Of a stretch of 64,000 bases of DNA, positions 38,375 to 54,190 are shown piece by piece. Positions within the stretch are counted from its first letter, which is position 1, and each line of letters begins with the position of its first letter. The translations under genes were made by a program, and so were the position numbers. The notes beneath the pieces are model-generated. The model searched no databases. It was given only the letters and a program-made list of their open reading frames with translations, and had not been told where the DNA came from. The DNA lies in the NCBI RefSeq assembly GCF_009914755.1, contig NC_060939.1, one strand, 5' to 3'. This DNA is from the human T2T-CHM13v2.0 reference genome, Homo sapiens.

Positions 38375-40191
38375 AAGGGATTTGTTTTTAGGTAGACAAA
38401 TAAATAGACTAGAATACAATAGAGTAGAATAGGAGAGCACAGAAAAATAACCTTGCTGTAACACTGTGGAAGCATGGGAAAAGGATGCCTTATTTGAAAA
38501 TGTTGCTGAGACAATCAGATATTCATTTAGAAAAATTTTAAATTCATTTTAGATAAATTTTAGAACTAAATGTAAAACACAACCAACAAAATTTATAGAA
38601 AATGATACAGAAGAATATTTACATAATCTCACAATATAGAGTCACTTCTTAAACATTGACAGAAAACTAATGATACATAAATATTTTAAATTAGGGTATA
38701 TTAAAATTCAAACAATAAAAAATAAAATAAAAATTTATTTTCACAAAATGGTTAAAAGGAAAGGCATGAAATGGGAGAAGACATTCTCCACACATATCAC
38801 TAACAAAGGCAACTTATTTCAATTATGTAGAGAAGTCCTACAAAATAAAAACAAAACTACAGGCAACTCAAAAGAAAAATGGCAAAACACTTGAACATGC
38901 ATTCCACAAAAGGGATATCCAAAGGGCCAAAGGTTGCTTAATATCCTAATTAGTCACATAAATAAAAATTAAAACAATTGTGAGATATCATTTACTACCC
39001 AAGAGAATGACTAAAATAAAAATGTCAAATATTGGTAAGAATATGGAACAAGTGTGAATTTTAGACACTATTTGTAGAAGCATAAATTAAGATAATTTTG
39101 GAAAACTATTAAGCATTATCAATTAAATTTGAAAATATTCTCATCCTATGACTCAGCAATTCTAATCTTAAGTATACCCAAAAGACATGTCTTTACATGT
39201 ACACCAAAGAAATATGGACAACAAATGTGCTTAGCTACAAATTTCATAATAGCAATCCATAAACAGAAGTAACCCAATTTCTGTCAATATTAGAAAGGAT
39301 AAAGTATAATCAGACAGCGAAATATTATGCAGCAATGAAAAAAGTGAAAAATGGCCACATGTAACAACATGAATGAATCTCATCAACATGATGTTGATGA
39401 AAAGACCTTTACCACAAAAAATACGGTAAAATTTTATTTATATAACACTCAAAACAAAACCTAAGAAAAATGTAGTGTTTGAAAATGTGTACTTATGTTA
39501 AAATGATAAAGAAATGCAAGGAAATAATAAACAAAAATATCAGGAAGGTTATTACCTTTGACAGAGAGGATAATTAGTGACTGGGGGAAGGTATTAAGAT
39601 GGAATTAAATCTTTACATTACTACTAAGATATTTTTCACCATTTTAAACAATCCCAGTTAAAGGCATTTTAAGCAGAATGCAGGCTGCCTCATATTGTGC
39701 ACTCACTGCCTAACTCCAAGATTCCCTTTATAAAGGATACAAAGTGCAGAGCAATAATGCAAGGTGCGGCATCATTGCTCTAATGTTATACAATAAAACA
39801 ACCTTGCCAGAAAGTCCAGATAAACAAAATAGTCTTTTCTCCCTTGAATATGGATTTAATCTCACAGTTCTATTTTATCATAGTCCTGAAAACTAAAATA
39901 TTTGTGAGGGCTAAAGTTACTTGGTTAGCAATAGCTCTTTCAATAAGATGGCATTCACCATTTATATTTGTTTTTATTTTCTATCTTAATAAAAACCTTG
40001 TGATGTTTCAGTCTAGCAGCCAAATAAATATAAGAGATTTCAGAACGTATGAGGCAAATTTTCGATCTTCCTGACAGTTCTATGTTGTTTCTGGCCACAT
40101 CCCATATGGACTTAGCTATAAGATATGCTGGGAACTTAAGTAGCAGTTTTGTCCTCGTGACCACTCAACCAGGCTTATGGCTTGTGTATAT

Positions 40192-40350
40192 TTTATTAGG
40201 AAAGTTTTAAATACATAGATAACTTGAAAATATTTTACACTTAATATTCAGATACCCACCTACTGTATCATTACCATTTTATTTAATTTGCTGTATCATG
40301 TAGCTATCTGCCTGTCCTTCCCTTTATCAACCATCCATCCATCTAATCAT
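40192..40350 (-). mobile_element. Old L1 (L1MC4/5-like) 3' terminal fragment
   Basis: TTTTATTAGGAAAGTTTTAAATACATAG...TACCCACC...CATCCATCCATC. Confidence 0.5.
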
Positions 40351-41744
40351 GTGATTATCATTGTTTTTAACAGCTCAGATTTATTACAAGGTAAACCTCA
40401 ATGCAAGCAGCACCTATGTCAAGAAATAAAGTTTTTTCAATAGCACAGTCCCCCCTTCCCATGTTTTCAGTTCTTAAAAAAGGAAATGATCCCAAAGAAA
40501 GGCCTTTTTTTTTCCATAAAGGTGAAATTTTAAGAAAATTAGCTTACTTTACCTTCCCTATTTTGTCTTTATTGGTACATTTTTCTGTAAGCTGAGAATG
40601 AAGAAAGATAAAATTGCACAAAAAGTTTATGCGATCAACTTTCTCATAGATTTCCTAGTGCGATCTCAAGGACATATTAGAAATTCTTAACACTAAAATT
40701 CTAGAAGGTTGAATATTTTTATAATCAACAAATAGACCAGGCTGGGTCAGTAAACAAGTTAGATCTATGTCTCATGGGACATTTGCTAATGTAAGTTTTC
40801 TAAATATGGGCAATTTAGAGCTCATATTTGCCATTATCTGGTGAAACAGTCTGCATTGAACCTAATGCAACCTAATGTTTTTTAATGTATGGTTTTCTGA
40901 ATTCCCCTCAGACATTATAGCAGCAAGCCACACAGTAAAGAAAGCTTTTTTTCTTTTTCTTTTTTTTTTTTTTTTTCTGTGCAGTGATTTCACTTCTCAC
41001 ATTTCTGTTGGAATGAAAATTAGATTCAAGGACAGTTCTGTACCTGTTAACTCTGACAAGGTGTGGAATGCAAAGCTTTCCATGGCTGTAATAAAAAATG
41101 TATGCAAAGTTGATTTTTTTCTCTTTTGTCTGAAGGTTTCAAACTGTCTATCCTGGAGTAAAAATATTCTAGTTTTGCAGCATCAGCTACCTTGTCTGTT
41201 GATGACCATGTTCTCCAAATGCCAGCTGTAGGGGGAATAGCAGCTCTCTGAGGGCTGCTTATAACTTCAGCACTTGATTTTCCAGGGACTGACAATGCTC
41301 ATGGCCCTCCTGCTTAATTGTTTGAGCTTCTCTTTGCTCTCCAGATGGCATCCTTTGGAATATTTGAATGAGTATGGCAAAATTATGGAGCTTCTATGAA
41401 TGAACAGAAGTTAGTCTAAAGCAAAAGAAGGAACAAATGGGCATACTTTTTTGTTTACCTACATAGAAGTATTACTATTTCATTATGTAAAGGGTAGCAT
41501 AGACAGTTTACATCCAGATTATATTAAAATTCAGATCTTAAGTATTATTTTAACTTTTTGACAAAGTCACATGCAAAATAAGCTTATAGTTCTTTGCATG
41601 TGTAAAAAATAATTGTAAGTATGCAGCCAATTCATGTCGCTATGAGTCCTCAAGTGTAAAGTGAAGCCCTGGGTGCTGGTTTACTTAGACCATTTTTGGA
41701 ATAACTTTTTCAGCCAAAAGTCAAAAGGATAGGTTAGATTTCTA

Positions 41745-44060
41745 TTGTGTAAACAAGATCAGTACACTGAATGAAAATAATGTATTTTTATATACTAGCA
41801 GTAAACAATATGAACATGAAGAGAAAATACCCATTTAAAATAGCATACAAGAGAATACAATATTTAGGAATAAATGTAACAGAAGAAATGTGAGACTTGT
41901 ACACTACACTGAAAGTTATTCAATGTTATTTAAAAAAGTAAATAAAAATATTCTATTCATGTGGATTGGAAGACAATATTGTTATCATGGTGACACTCTG
42001 TATTAGTTTTCTTATTGTTGCACTAACAGATTGCCACAACTTTAGTATTTTAAAACACCACCAATTTATTATTTTATAGCCCTGGAGGCCAGAAATGCAG
42101 CATAAAATCCACATGTTGGCAGTGATGGTTTCTTCCAGAGTCTTTAAGGAAAATTCCGTTTCTTGCTTCTTTAAGTTTATAGAGGATGTCAGTGTGCCTC
42201 AGCCTGTGGTCCCATCACTCCAGTCTCTGCTTCCATCATCACATTGATTTCTCCTAAAGTCTTCTTTCCCCTCTCATATAAGGACACTTATATTTAGTCT
42301 CACAAAGGTAATCCAGGAAAATCTTAAGATCTTTAACTTTATCACAGCTAGAAAGGCCCTTTTGCCATGAAAGGTAACATATTCATAGATTCTGGGGATT
42401 CAGACATGGACATATTTGAGTGGGGACTTTACTCATTATTGTGTCCTTCAAACTGATCTTCAAAACATATGCATCCCACATCAAAATTCTAATTGCTTTT
42501 GTGGCAAAAACTGAAAAGCTGATTACAAAATGTATTAGGAAACTCAAAAAAAAAAGCAACAGAATAACCAAAACAATATTGAAAAGAGCAAAGTTGAAGG
42601 ACTCACATCTTCTAATATCAAAACTAAAAGCTTCAGTATACACGACACCATAGTGTTGTCATGGATGTATAGATCAACATAACAGAATTAAGACTCCAGA
42701 AATAAACTCATATGGTCAACTGAATTTCAACAAGGGTGCCGAGACCATTCAAAGTAGAAAGAGGAATTTTTTTCAACAAATGGGTGGAGATAACTGGATA
42801 TTCCCATGCAAAGGAATAAAATTGGAATTCCTATCTTAAATGACATTTAAAAATTAGCTCAAAATGGATTTAAAAATCCTACATACAAAAGGGAAATCTA
42901 TAAAACTCATAGAAGAAAACTTAAATATAAATCTCTGACTCTCGGGAATAGTTTCTGAGACATGACACCAAAAGCATAAGCAACCAAAGAAAAAATAAAT
43001 TTTACTTTATCACAATGAAAAACTTTCGTGTGTCAAAGGACGCTTTGAGGAAAGTAAAAAGATAAAACCACAGAATGGAAGAAAATATTTGAAAATCATA
43101 TATCTGATAAGGGTCTAGTATCCAGGAAATATACTCTTAAAAATTAACAATAAAAAGACAAACAACTTAAAAACAGGAAGAGAATTTGAATAGATGTTTC
43201 TCCAAAAATATAGAAATGGCCAATAAGCACATGAAAATGTATTTAACACCATTAGTCATTAGGAGCATGCAAATCAGAATCACAATAAGATATCACTGTA
43301 TAAACATGAGGATGGCTATAGTAATAATTTTTAAAAACATAAGTAAGTGTTGGTGAGACTATGGAGAAATTGGCACCCTCATATATTGCTGGTGAGAGCA
43401 TAAAATAGTCCAATTGCTATGGAAAACTTTGGCAGTTCCTCAAAAAGTTAAACAGTTACCTGACCCAGCATTCCACTCCTAGTTCTATACCCAAGAAAAT
43501 TGAAAACATATGTTCACATGATGTTTACAGCAGCGTTATTTATAAGAGCCAAAATCATGAAAACAATTTACATGTTCATTGGCTGTTGAATAAACAAAAT
43601 GGGATATATGCATACAAATAAATATTATTCATCCATAAAAAGAATTAAATATTAGTACATGCTACAGGATGAATGAACTTTGAAACATTATGCTAAGGGA
43701 AGGAAGTCAAAGACAAACGGCTGTAGATTTGTATGATTTCTTTCATATGACATATCCAGAATTGGCAAATCCACACAGATAGAAAGTAAAATAGTGGTTG
43801 CCAGGGAGTATAGGTAGGGAGGGACAGTCCTAGAGGTCAGAAATCCAGTATAAAATCAGTATCTTGGCAGAGATGGTTCCTTCTGGAGGCTCCAAGGAGA
43901 TTCACTTTCTTACCTCTTTAATACTAACGGGCATGAGATCTCTTTTTAAGGTGATAAAAATGTTCTGCAATTAGATAGTGGTGATGATAGCATAGCACAA
44001 TCTTGTGAATATACTAAAAAATCACTGAATTGTAAAAAATGAAAAGAGTGTATAGTATAG
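41745..44060 (+). mobile_element. L1MB-like ORF2 3' half and 3' UTR
   Basis: TTCAACAAGGGTGCC, CATGACACCAAAAGCA, GACCCAGCATTCCACTCCTAG, GTGGTTGCCAGGG, GTGAATATACTAAAA. Confidence 0.9.
41999..42445 (-). mobile_element. MLT1C/D-like MaLR LTR nested in L1
   Basis: TGTATTAGTTTTCTTATTG start; AAGGTAACATATTCATAGATTCTGGGGATT..GACATGGACATATTTG end. Confidence 0.85.
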
Positions 44061-44387
44061 ATAAAGGGATAGGGGATCGAGTATAGAGTCTCTTAAATCC
44101 AGGAAATAAATACTCTCTCTGTTCTCATTCTTTGAAGAATCTTGACAGGTTTTTGTTTTACTCTGAATAACTTTGAGAAGAAACCAGAGATATTGAAGAT
44201 TCAGAGGTTAAAAAATTTCAGTGTGTGTTCTAGAGTGTGGTAAATGACATTTTGTATTTTCACTTCTCTTTAACAGGATAAGGAATTGATGTCCCAGATG
44301 CTGATTCTGTAGGTGCCCAGGGCACAGTGTTGATATGTGGCAGAAAGAGAAGGGGCATAGAGTGGGTGGGACAGAGTAACCTAGTTA

Positions 44388-44553
44388 TGTTGTATGGGAT
44401 GAATATTTGTGCCCCTTCAAAATTAATATGTTGAAGTTTTACCCTCAAGATATTGGGAGGTTTTTGGGCAGTAACTGGGTTTAGATGAGGTTGGGACAAT
44501 GGTGTTCCTGTGATGGAATTCATACCTTTATAAGAAGAGAAAGAGAAACCAGA

Positions 44554-44603
<50 letters not shown>

Positions 44604-44786
44604 TGCCTGCTATGTGTGGACAAAGGGAGAAGGTAGCACACCAGAAAGTAGGCTGTCATCAGAAACCCAATCTCCAGGCATATTGATCTTGGACTTCCTA
44701 GCCTACAAAATTAGGAAATAGAAGTGTCTGTTATTTAAGTGACCAAGTGTATGATTTTGTAGTAACAGCCTGAGCTGGCCATTACA
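44388..44786 (+). mobile_element. MLT1A-like MaLR LTR
   Basis: TGAATATTTGTGCCCCTTCAAAATTAATATGTTGAAG; TTGATCTTGGACTTCCTAGCC. Confidence 0.85.
44557..44602. repeat. (GT)23 microsatellite inside the MLT1A-like LTR
   Basis: Perfect run. Confidence 0.98.
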
Positions 44787-45729
44787 TTATAGAATGAGAT
44801 ACAAGAGGCAAGTGTGGAATAAAGAAGGTGAGAGAATAGGGAATATATTTGTTTAATAAAACAGGATCCTGATCAGAGAGAGATTTGAAAAGGGGACTGA
44901 TGTTATACCATTTTAGTTGTTTGATCTTTAATTGAAAATTCTTTCATGAACCACAAACAGATTGTAGATAGACTACAGTAACATTTCTGTTAATAAAATT
45001 CTTTGTTTTTTTAAATATTAAGGTACAGTAGAATATATATATGCTTATTAGTTTTTATTCATGTAGGACTTATACAGAGAACATTTTCATTTTATGTATT
45101 ATAATATAACTATGGGTACACAATTTATAATGTTCTTTAGAAAAATATAAAGCAAAAAAGGAAAAGATCTATTGAATTTTTTGAATTTGAAACAGTTGTT
45201 TTATTTTTATGTATTTGTAATGAGCTGGGACCTTCGGAATGGGAGTTCATGATGAATAACAGGTAATGATCAGGTGATTAAGGAGGCAGAAGACAAAAAT
45301 ACAGGGCAGAACAAGAGCCTTGCCAATGGTAAGGGATATAGCCAAGTGTGATAGAGGATGGAGAATTCTTTATGCACACGAGAATAAAGCTCTCTTCCAT
45401 AATGGGCCATCTAAATCATCACTCTATCAGACACAGTGTCATTTTGTGATTCCTGGGATTCCTGCAGGCACACAGTATTGGACAGGCTATCAAAGAATAG
45501 CAGTAACCCAGATGAGTCAACAAACAGAGCAATAGGTCACAGGCTTTTGTAAATAGGTTCCAAATGGAGATAGAGTTGGGCTTATGAGAAGCTGGCTTCT
45601 TTCACCAAATATATACTACCTTACCCTCAAGTAGATTCTCGTCTGGTATTCAAGGGGAGCCTTTTTTTTCAGCTTTAGTGCAGAGTGATTCTCCTCTAAA
45701 GCACTGTTTAGGAGATTGTCTTAGATTAG

Positions 45730-45915
45730 TCTTATAAACTCAGCACCAATAGTATCAGTGTGAACTTGGACCAAATGCTTTATCCTCCTATGTCTTCTTT
45801 GCTCATCTGTAACACATGAATAACAATGTCTGCTCCAGAAGCAAATATTTGTGAAGATTAAATTGGGTAATATCTATGAAGTGCTTCACACAGTACCTGA
45901 AAGAATAAGCACTCA
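45730..45915 (+). mobile_element. MIR SINE
   Basis: GTGTGAACTTGGAC...TTTGCTCATCTGTAA...TTGTGAAGATTAAAT...GTGCTTCACACAGTACCTG. Confidence 0.75.
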
Positions 45916-46599
45916 TTTCATGATAATATATTTCAAAACTAGCATTTCTTCAATTCTGAGGTCTCATGACCAGAAATCTTATTCTCTTCTCTTTTCTCCA
46001 GATGCATTAAACTTAGCTAAGTTCCTCACATTGTTCTCACCAAGCACTTTCATAAATAACTGAAGCCTTTTTCTTGTCCATTAACAGCTGTGATCTCTCG
46101 AGCTCTATCAATCCACTTTCTGTATTTCATAATTCTCTGCCTCTGAATTGGCACTAAACATCTCAGTCTTTTTCTTCTTCCGATTTCCTTACATCAAAGT
46201 CTGGTCTGTTACTCTTTAGCTTTTATATGTAAGAAGAAATCAAAAGATTTGGGCATTATTCTTTCAAAAGTGCCGGGAAACTAGCCATGGACATGCAAGA
46301 CCTTCTGTTTTATTTTGGGCAGAAGAAAACTAAAAGCCTAACAGTGATGCTCTGGGCAGTCCTGAGGCAGTCCTGAGGATGATTTCCATACAGGAACTGT
46401 GAAGGCCTGACTTCAGTAGTTGTCTGCTCCCACATTCTATCCATGAACAACCATCATTCCTCCAAAACTCTCTGTCTCCCATATTCCAGTAACAGAACAA
46501 AAAAATCTACAAACCACCAATGAGCATCTTGCAGTTACATTCAACTATACATTTTGTATTAAACATAAGTACAGGTACTATTTATGTAGCATTTCTTTC

Positions 46600-46745
46600 C
46601 TAGAGGATTTTTCAAACTTTAACGTTTAATCATCACCTGAAGTTGCATATTAAAGATGCAGATTCCTAGTTTATTTAGTCTGAAAAGAATGTCAAGTGAC
46701 TTTAATATAGGTAGTTCATGTACCATACTTTGAGAAACGCTGCCT
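46600..46745. mobile_element. MER5-like hAT-Charlie MITE relic
   Basis: TTTTCAAACTTT...ATCACCTG...ATGCAGATTCCT...ACTTTGAGAAACGCTG with terminal inverted similarity. Confidence 0.6.
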
Positions 46746-48869
46746 AGAAAATGGAGCACATGTGCTCACACTTTAAAGAAGAGAAAAAACTTCAAGGTTG
46801 CACTTATATATGGCAGGCAGAATACACAACATAACCAATTTATGTATTTATTTTAAAAAAACCCTTGTTTTATATCTTAAACAGCATTTTACTCTGTATC
46901 TTGAGTATTTAGTTTTCATTTAAATAAAGTAAAATAAGCAATCTTTTGGTTAAATCAAGGAATGAAAATGTTACAAGTAGAAGTCAATTCCCTGTGAGCA
47001 ATGGTAAAAAAATCAGGGTATTATACACTGTTTTTATGAATTACAATCTACTGGCAGCTTTTCACTTATTATTTTTAGGAAATGCTTTGCTTTCACTGAG
47101 ATTTTTAAGATAAAATTCTTAGAGAATGATTCTCAAGACATCAGACAAAAATATCATTAACCACTCAAACTTCAGGCACTAAGCAAAGTTCACTAAATGG
47201 GAAGTTTTCCCCAGGAAGAACCTCATTATAATTTTTTGTGTTGGTGCTTCAAGGAAAAGACTGCTATGTGATAAAATGATTTTGATATCATAGAAGTTCA
47301 TTAAAATAAGGATTCTATCTGTAATGAGATGGGGGTGCATGACCCATGGAAGTGCTGGAAGCAGGTGCTGAAGAATACATGATGGCAAAGAGGGAAGAAC
47401 ATAAAATCAAAACTGATGATGACCTCATCAACCAGACAAACTGTCTCCTGAAACTGGGAGAACGCAACCATCAGTAAGAATGAGAAAAAGGTAGGACAAA
47501 CACATAAATGGTAGTTTTATTTTTCTCTCTCACTTTCTCTGTCTCATCTACATGCAAACCAGATGAGAACATATTTTTATCTAAGCAGTTAGTTATTTGT
47601 TCAGATTCTCCTTTTAGAGTTTTTTATTTGACCTCGATGCTTTATTGTTTCACTTTTATATATGTTTTTTTTTACTTTAAAATACAGCAGAGACAACTGA
47701 TAAGCATTCAAGCACATTTCCTGATTTTTCATTTATATACAAAATATTCTTAATCTTCTGCAAACTGGCTTTTATTATCAATTGCTTCTAAAATTCTCCC
47801 TAGAGTTATTTAATATTCTTTCTCTGGACAAAATTAATATTTTAATTAGTTTTTTTAAGTTCTGCCATCACATATGTTTCACCTTTATTTCAGAAAGTTG
47901 GCCACCTCCTTCCTTCTGAAAAAATTATTTTTAATCTTGGTTTGGTCCTTTTCCTCTTTGATTCACTTAACTTTCTTTTTTTCATTGAAATGTTTTTCTT
48001 TTCTCTCTCCGTTGCTTTCTTTCTCATTTCTTGTCTTTCTTTCTTCTTCCAACCATTTCTCCTTTTCTTCCTACTTTCTTTCCATTTTTTATCCTTGTTT
48101 TCTTCTTTTTACTCTTTTTAAGTCTCAATAGGAGATTTCTATTCATCCCTTTCCATACCCATAAAAAACTCAATTCATTCACAAGACTTCCAAATATCAA
48201 TTTTTTACTTTGACTCTTCACTTTGTTTTTTAAGGTATTTCCATTTACATATTCAATCAAAGCCTAAAATGGGTCATATCCAAGTTCATAATGTGTTCAT
48301 AAAATAATTATAACATGGCATTTTCCCCCATTCTGACCGTGCCATCTCCATTTCCCAGATTTTTACTCTCTGAAGTCTTAATCATCTTTAAATTTGTTCT
48401 CATTCTTCCACTCATTATCATGTGCGCTGATTCTTCTTTTTTGAACATGCTTGCTATCTCCGCTACTTTTCCGTGTTTGTATTTGTGACAATATTGCTAA
48501 TTATCATCAACTCACATCTGGACAATAATATGGCATTTTTCTGGTTTCTTTGTCTATAAGAATAAATAGTAAAGAAACCAAGTCTCATGAGAACACGTAA
48601 GGGCAATGGAGACATTGTCAAAAGAAGAGTTAATGAAGGAAAATGATATAACCTTTAACCTCTCTTCCAACTCCGGCATTCCATGATATCTGCCTTTCTT
48701 TCTTAGTTTCATTCTTTCACTATATCTATAATGATAGCATTCTCTACCCTTTATTCTTTGAACCCACCAAAATTAAAAAGGAGAAATGTCACAGTATTGT
48801 GAAATGGATTGTTGAATTCTGCATTCTCCACATTATCATCAAACCTACTTTTTTTATAAGACAAAACTA

Positions 48870-49220
48870 GGTTTCTTGCTTACCTAGGCAGGGAGACCAC
48901 TACCTTAAGAAAGTCTTAGTAGTGTCTCAGAAGGGGAAGAGCAAACTTGGGATACTGAGGATTCTGAAATCTGTTTATGGTGGGTATTCCAATGTAGGAG
49001 CTTGGTTTGGATTGAGTAAGAGTCATGAAATAATAGTTTAGGATTTGTAGATAGAGCAAGACAACAATGTTGAGGCAAAAAGTTTTAAGAGGATATAAAC
49101 TGTTCTTTGATGCTTCCTATTACATAATTTACGGGTGTTTTAAGAAGATTCTTGGAAGAACAATAAATTATTTGCAGCTTTTATCATGTGGGGAAAGCTT
49201 TTTGAGATAGTAAAATCATG
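48870..49220 (-). mobile_element. Possible old ERV LTR fragment
   Basis: G-rich block GGGAGACCACTACC..TAGTGTCTCAGAAGGGG..GGATTGAGTAAG resembles an antisense old LTR; family uncertain. Confidence 0.35.
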
Positions 49221-49429
49221 TTGAACTATTTTCTTAAAGAGTCTCCATTTCTTCATAAAGAAAATTTAAAAACAGTTACATAATGTTTTAAAACATATAT
49301 AAAACTGTAAAAATAAAATTTTATAGGAAAATTGAGTTCTAAAATCTTTAACTTCCTGGAAACAGGTGCTTCTGTTTTTCTACCAACAGAAGCTTGCATT
49401 TTTAGTAGTTTTACTTCATAGAAGAATCA

Positions 49430-49665
49430 CGTACCTAAATCAAAAACACAAGCTCAAATACTTAGATGGGCCAGACCCAAAACATTAATGCACCAAGCTG
49501 TAGGTTCCACAGTAGGGGTATGTACTGTGGGAACTAAAAATGTAGAGAACATTTTCCATTTAAAGTCATTTACATCTAAATTAAAGCATTTTAAAACTTG
49601 TCCTGGTCAAACAGAATCTATGTCCAGGCCTGTTTCTACCTGCGAACCACCATTTTGCAACCTTT
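49430..49665. mobile_element. Possible hAT (MER45/58-like) DNA transposon relic
   Basis: End CCAGGCC...CCTGCGAACCACCATTTTGCAACCT resembles hAT MITE termini. Confidence 0.4.
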
Positions 49666-51984
49666 TTCAGTTGAAAGCATTGTGGGAATCTTAACTGTTG
49701 TTTGATGTTGGTTATCAAGTTAGAAGAATGCTTACAGGAGTTTCCCGGCATCCATCCAGCTGTTAGTAGCAGATATATGTAGTACCCAAGTATAGACAGA
49801 GCCCTGTCTAACCTCATCCATAGTTAAGGAAAAGGTTAAGTTTTCCAAAGCTCTGCAGTGACACAGAAAAACCTTGATGCCAACCCTGGCAGCTCAGAAC
49901 AAAGTGAGAGGATAAAGAGCTACAAACACACTTGGGCAAAATCACAGTTCTTTTGATTACAGAAGACATTCCTTCTTTAGCAAAGCAAACAAAATTTCAC
50001 AAGTGCTTTTATTTTTATATATTTTGGTTTGTTTTTCAACACTGAAATGTATTTAAAGCATTTTAAAGCCTGTGGCTTTTTACAAAATCATCATCCTTCA
50101 CTGTAGGTTTGAAAGAAAAAAAGTAATTAGGGGAAAAAAATGTTGGCAAGCTTCATCAATAGACTGATGAAGTCAGCTATTACTCTCCAGCATGAGTCCT
50201 GGCATGACTGCTTAAATGATCATTTGATTCGTGGTATCAATGAGTTTTTAGATCTGGCTCTTTTTGTGTATGCAGCTTTGGGAATTATGTATGACATGTT
50301 GATTATATTCTGCAGCAGGAAAGTCTGCAGTGATCTGCTTTGTTCTAGCTCAGTCTCATTGCCATTAGCAAAAAAATCTCTAAGAGCCTTCAAAAGACAG
50401 GCTGCCAGCCAAAACACCAAATCAGAATTAAATTGTGGCATAAAAATATAGAAAACCCAATTAAACTGGGATTGTTAGTTGGGGTAATTTGTATGTCATG
50501 TTAACACCCTCTTCTCTCTGGTCACTCTATTTGTTTATGAGTGTGGGCTGACCTAGAAAATCATATAGTCCATAGTCCTGTTAAAAGCCTCAGTCACTGG
50601 GCTCCATATGGTTTAAAGTGTATGATATTCCACTTTAAATATCCATTTAAACAACCCATTTCAGGACAGCTGAAAAAAATCAGTCCTGCAGGTCCATTTG
50701 CCAACCAAGCAGTCTGCATCTTTTAGACTCCACTGCCTTAGCATTTGCCACTGGCTTTCTTGAAATGTGGAGAAAGTAAATGTGTATGTCCTCAGCAAAA
50801 ACATTTATGGCCATGCAACTAATTAATTGCTATCCATTTCCAACAAAAAGCTAACTCCATTTCTGAAATTTAATCATGCAACAAGGGCTCCCAATATGCC
50901 AGCCTTAGAGTGCAGGGAGCAATAGGGCAGTGGGTAAGGGGGTTGGTCGCTGTCATTTTCAGCCAAGCAGTCTATTAAAGATGTATGCATTTTCCGATCT
51001 GACTGCTTAAAGAAGACTGCATGATGTCTCCTGAATGATGTACAAAGTAGTAGGAAGATGCACTGCTGATTCATGCTGCCTCCAAAATTGAACTGTCATT
51101 GGAGGTCCCTTCATTATCTTCACACTATAGCTCTCCTCACAGTGCTGGCTACCATATCTATAATATGAATTCAACTTAGTCTTTCAAATGTATTACAGTT
51201 TATTCTATTGAATTCATTCTTCACTTACATGTGTTTTGGTGATGTAAGGTGTCCATATATCTCAGATAGTTTAGAGGCTGATGGAACCATTTTATCACTG
51301 AAAAGAAATACTATTGAGAAGTGATCCAGAAAACCTTGTTCTTCCACTTATAAATAGGCCAGGACAAAAACACATACATAAAGGACAGAAAAATCAAAGA
51401 ATATAATATTACTTTCTGTTCTTTTTATTTAGTTATACATTTAGATTTTCCTAAGTATTTCTTTTTGACAATAGGCCTGAAACTAATCTATTTTAGACAA
51501 AAGTTAGAGTTATGTCATGTAAATTTTGGAAGAGAAGTTAGAGAGCAGCTAACTCACCCATCATTTTATAGATTAGACAATACATTAATGGAAGAAGCAA
51601 GCACCAGAATGCCAGGGAAGAACCAGCTGATCCTGACACAGAATATCCTGCTTGGCCATTTTACTGTATCAGACCCTCCCAGATTCCACTGTCATGAAGG
51701 CCAAAGAGCTTTGTCTTCTTGATGTGGAGCCTGGTGTCCGGCCCACAGTAGTCTTTCTGAAAATGTCATGAGCTGAATGAACCTAGTTGAACCATGAAGA
51801 AAGGAGGAGCCAGGGAGGAAAAGCTCTCAGTTCTAACTATAACAAGAATCTTGAGGTTATAATATGAAAGCAAATTATCAGTTTAATATGTGGTTTGAAC
51901 TAAAACATCAAATTCCTTTAAAAAACAGAAAGTGCAAATAACCAATATATTTGGATATCTCAAAGTATAATTTGAGAATTATCT

Positions 51985-52128
51985 TCATCAGAGTTATCTC
52001 AGTGCCCCAATTCTAAATTTATTGAAGTAGAACATCAAAGATTGGGGCTCAGGGATTAAATGTGTAACAAGTTTTTATACATGATTCATACTGATTGACA
52101 TTCACTCTGAAGACTGAAAACCACTTTA
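51985..52128. mobile_element. MER5A-like relic
   Basis: TGGGGCTCAGG...TAACAAG...TGATTC...TGAAAACCACT. Confidence 0.45.
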
Positions 52129-52694
52129 TTCAGCTATCATGGCTCCAATAGTCCTCCAAAAATTTATAGGGGGAAGCTTCTTTGCTCTTATCTAAATAAC
52201 TGGATATGTGGTTAGGGATGGTAAAGTGAGCACCTATGTTGATGAAGCCATTTCAACTAGCTAGAGCCAGGAATCTGGTTAAGGAGGGGACAGATAAATA
52301 GTGGCCATAATTTATGGCTCCAGAGTTGTCTCCTTGCCTGGGCCTGAAATTCAGGCGAGCCACAAGGAGCTGGGCATAGCAGCAACTCCCATCCATAAGA
52401 GTTGTCACCTTTGCTGACATTTCACAAAAAGAGATTTTCTTGATGTTATCAATTAATACTCCCAGAAGGAGCCATTTTGCCCTCTTTTCAGTCAACAATC
52501 AATTCATTTCTTATTGCTAGTCAGTTTATATGCAGATTTCAAATTATCCAATTGTCTCTATGTTAAAGGAATAATTTAAAGTCCCAACATAAAAGTCACT
52601 ATACAAGTAACCCTGTATAAAGTCTATACAAATATGTGGTGTTTTTTTTTAACATTTATAGTATTTATTCATTGCTCATATGTACCTTTCTAAT

Positions 52695-54190
<1,496 letters not shown>

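Noticed and set aside
50140-50451. Overlapping sense/antisense ORFs as coding sequence
   Set aside because: No recognisable protein similarity; lengths compatible with chance
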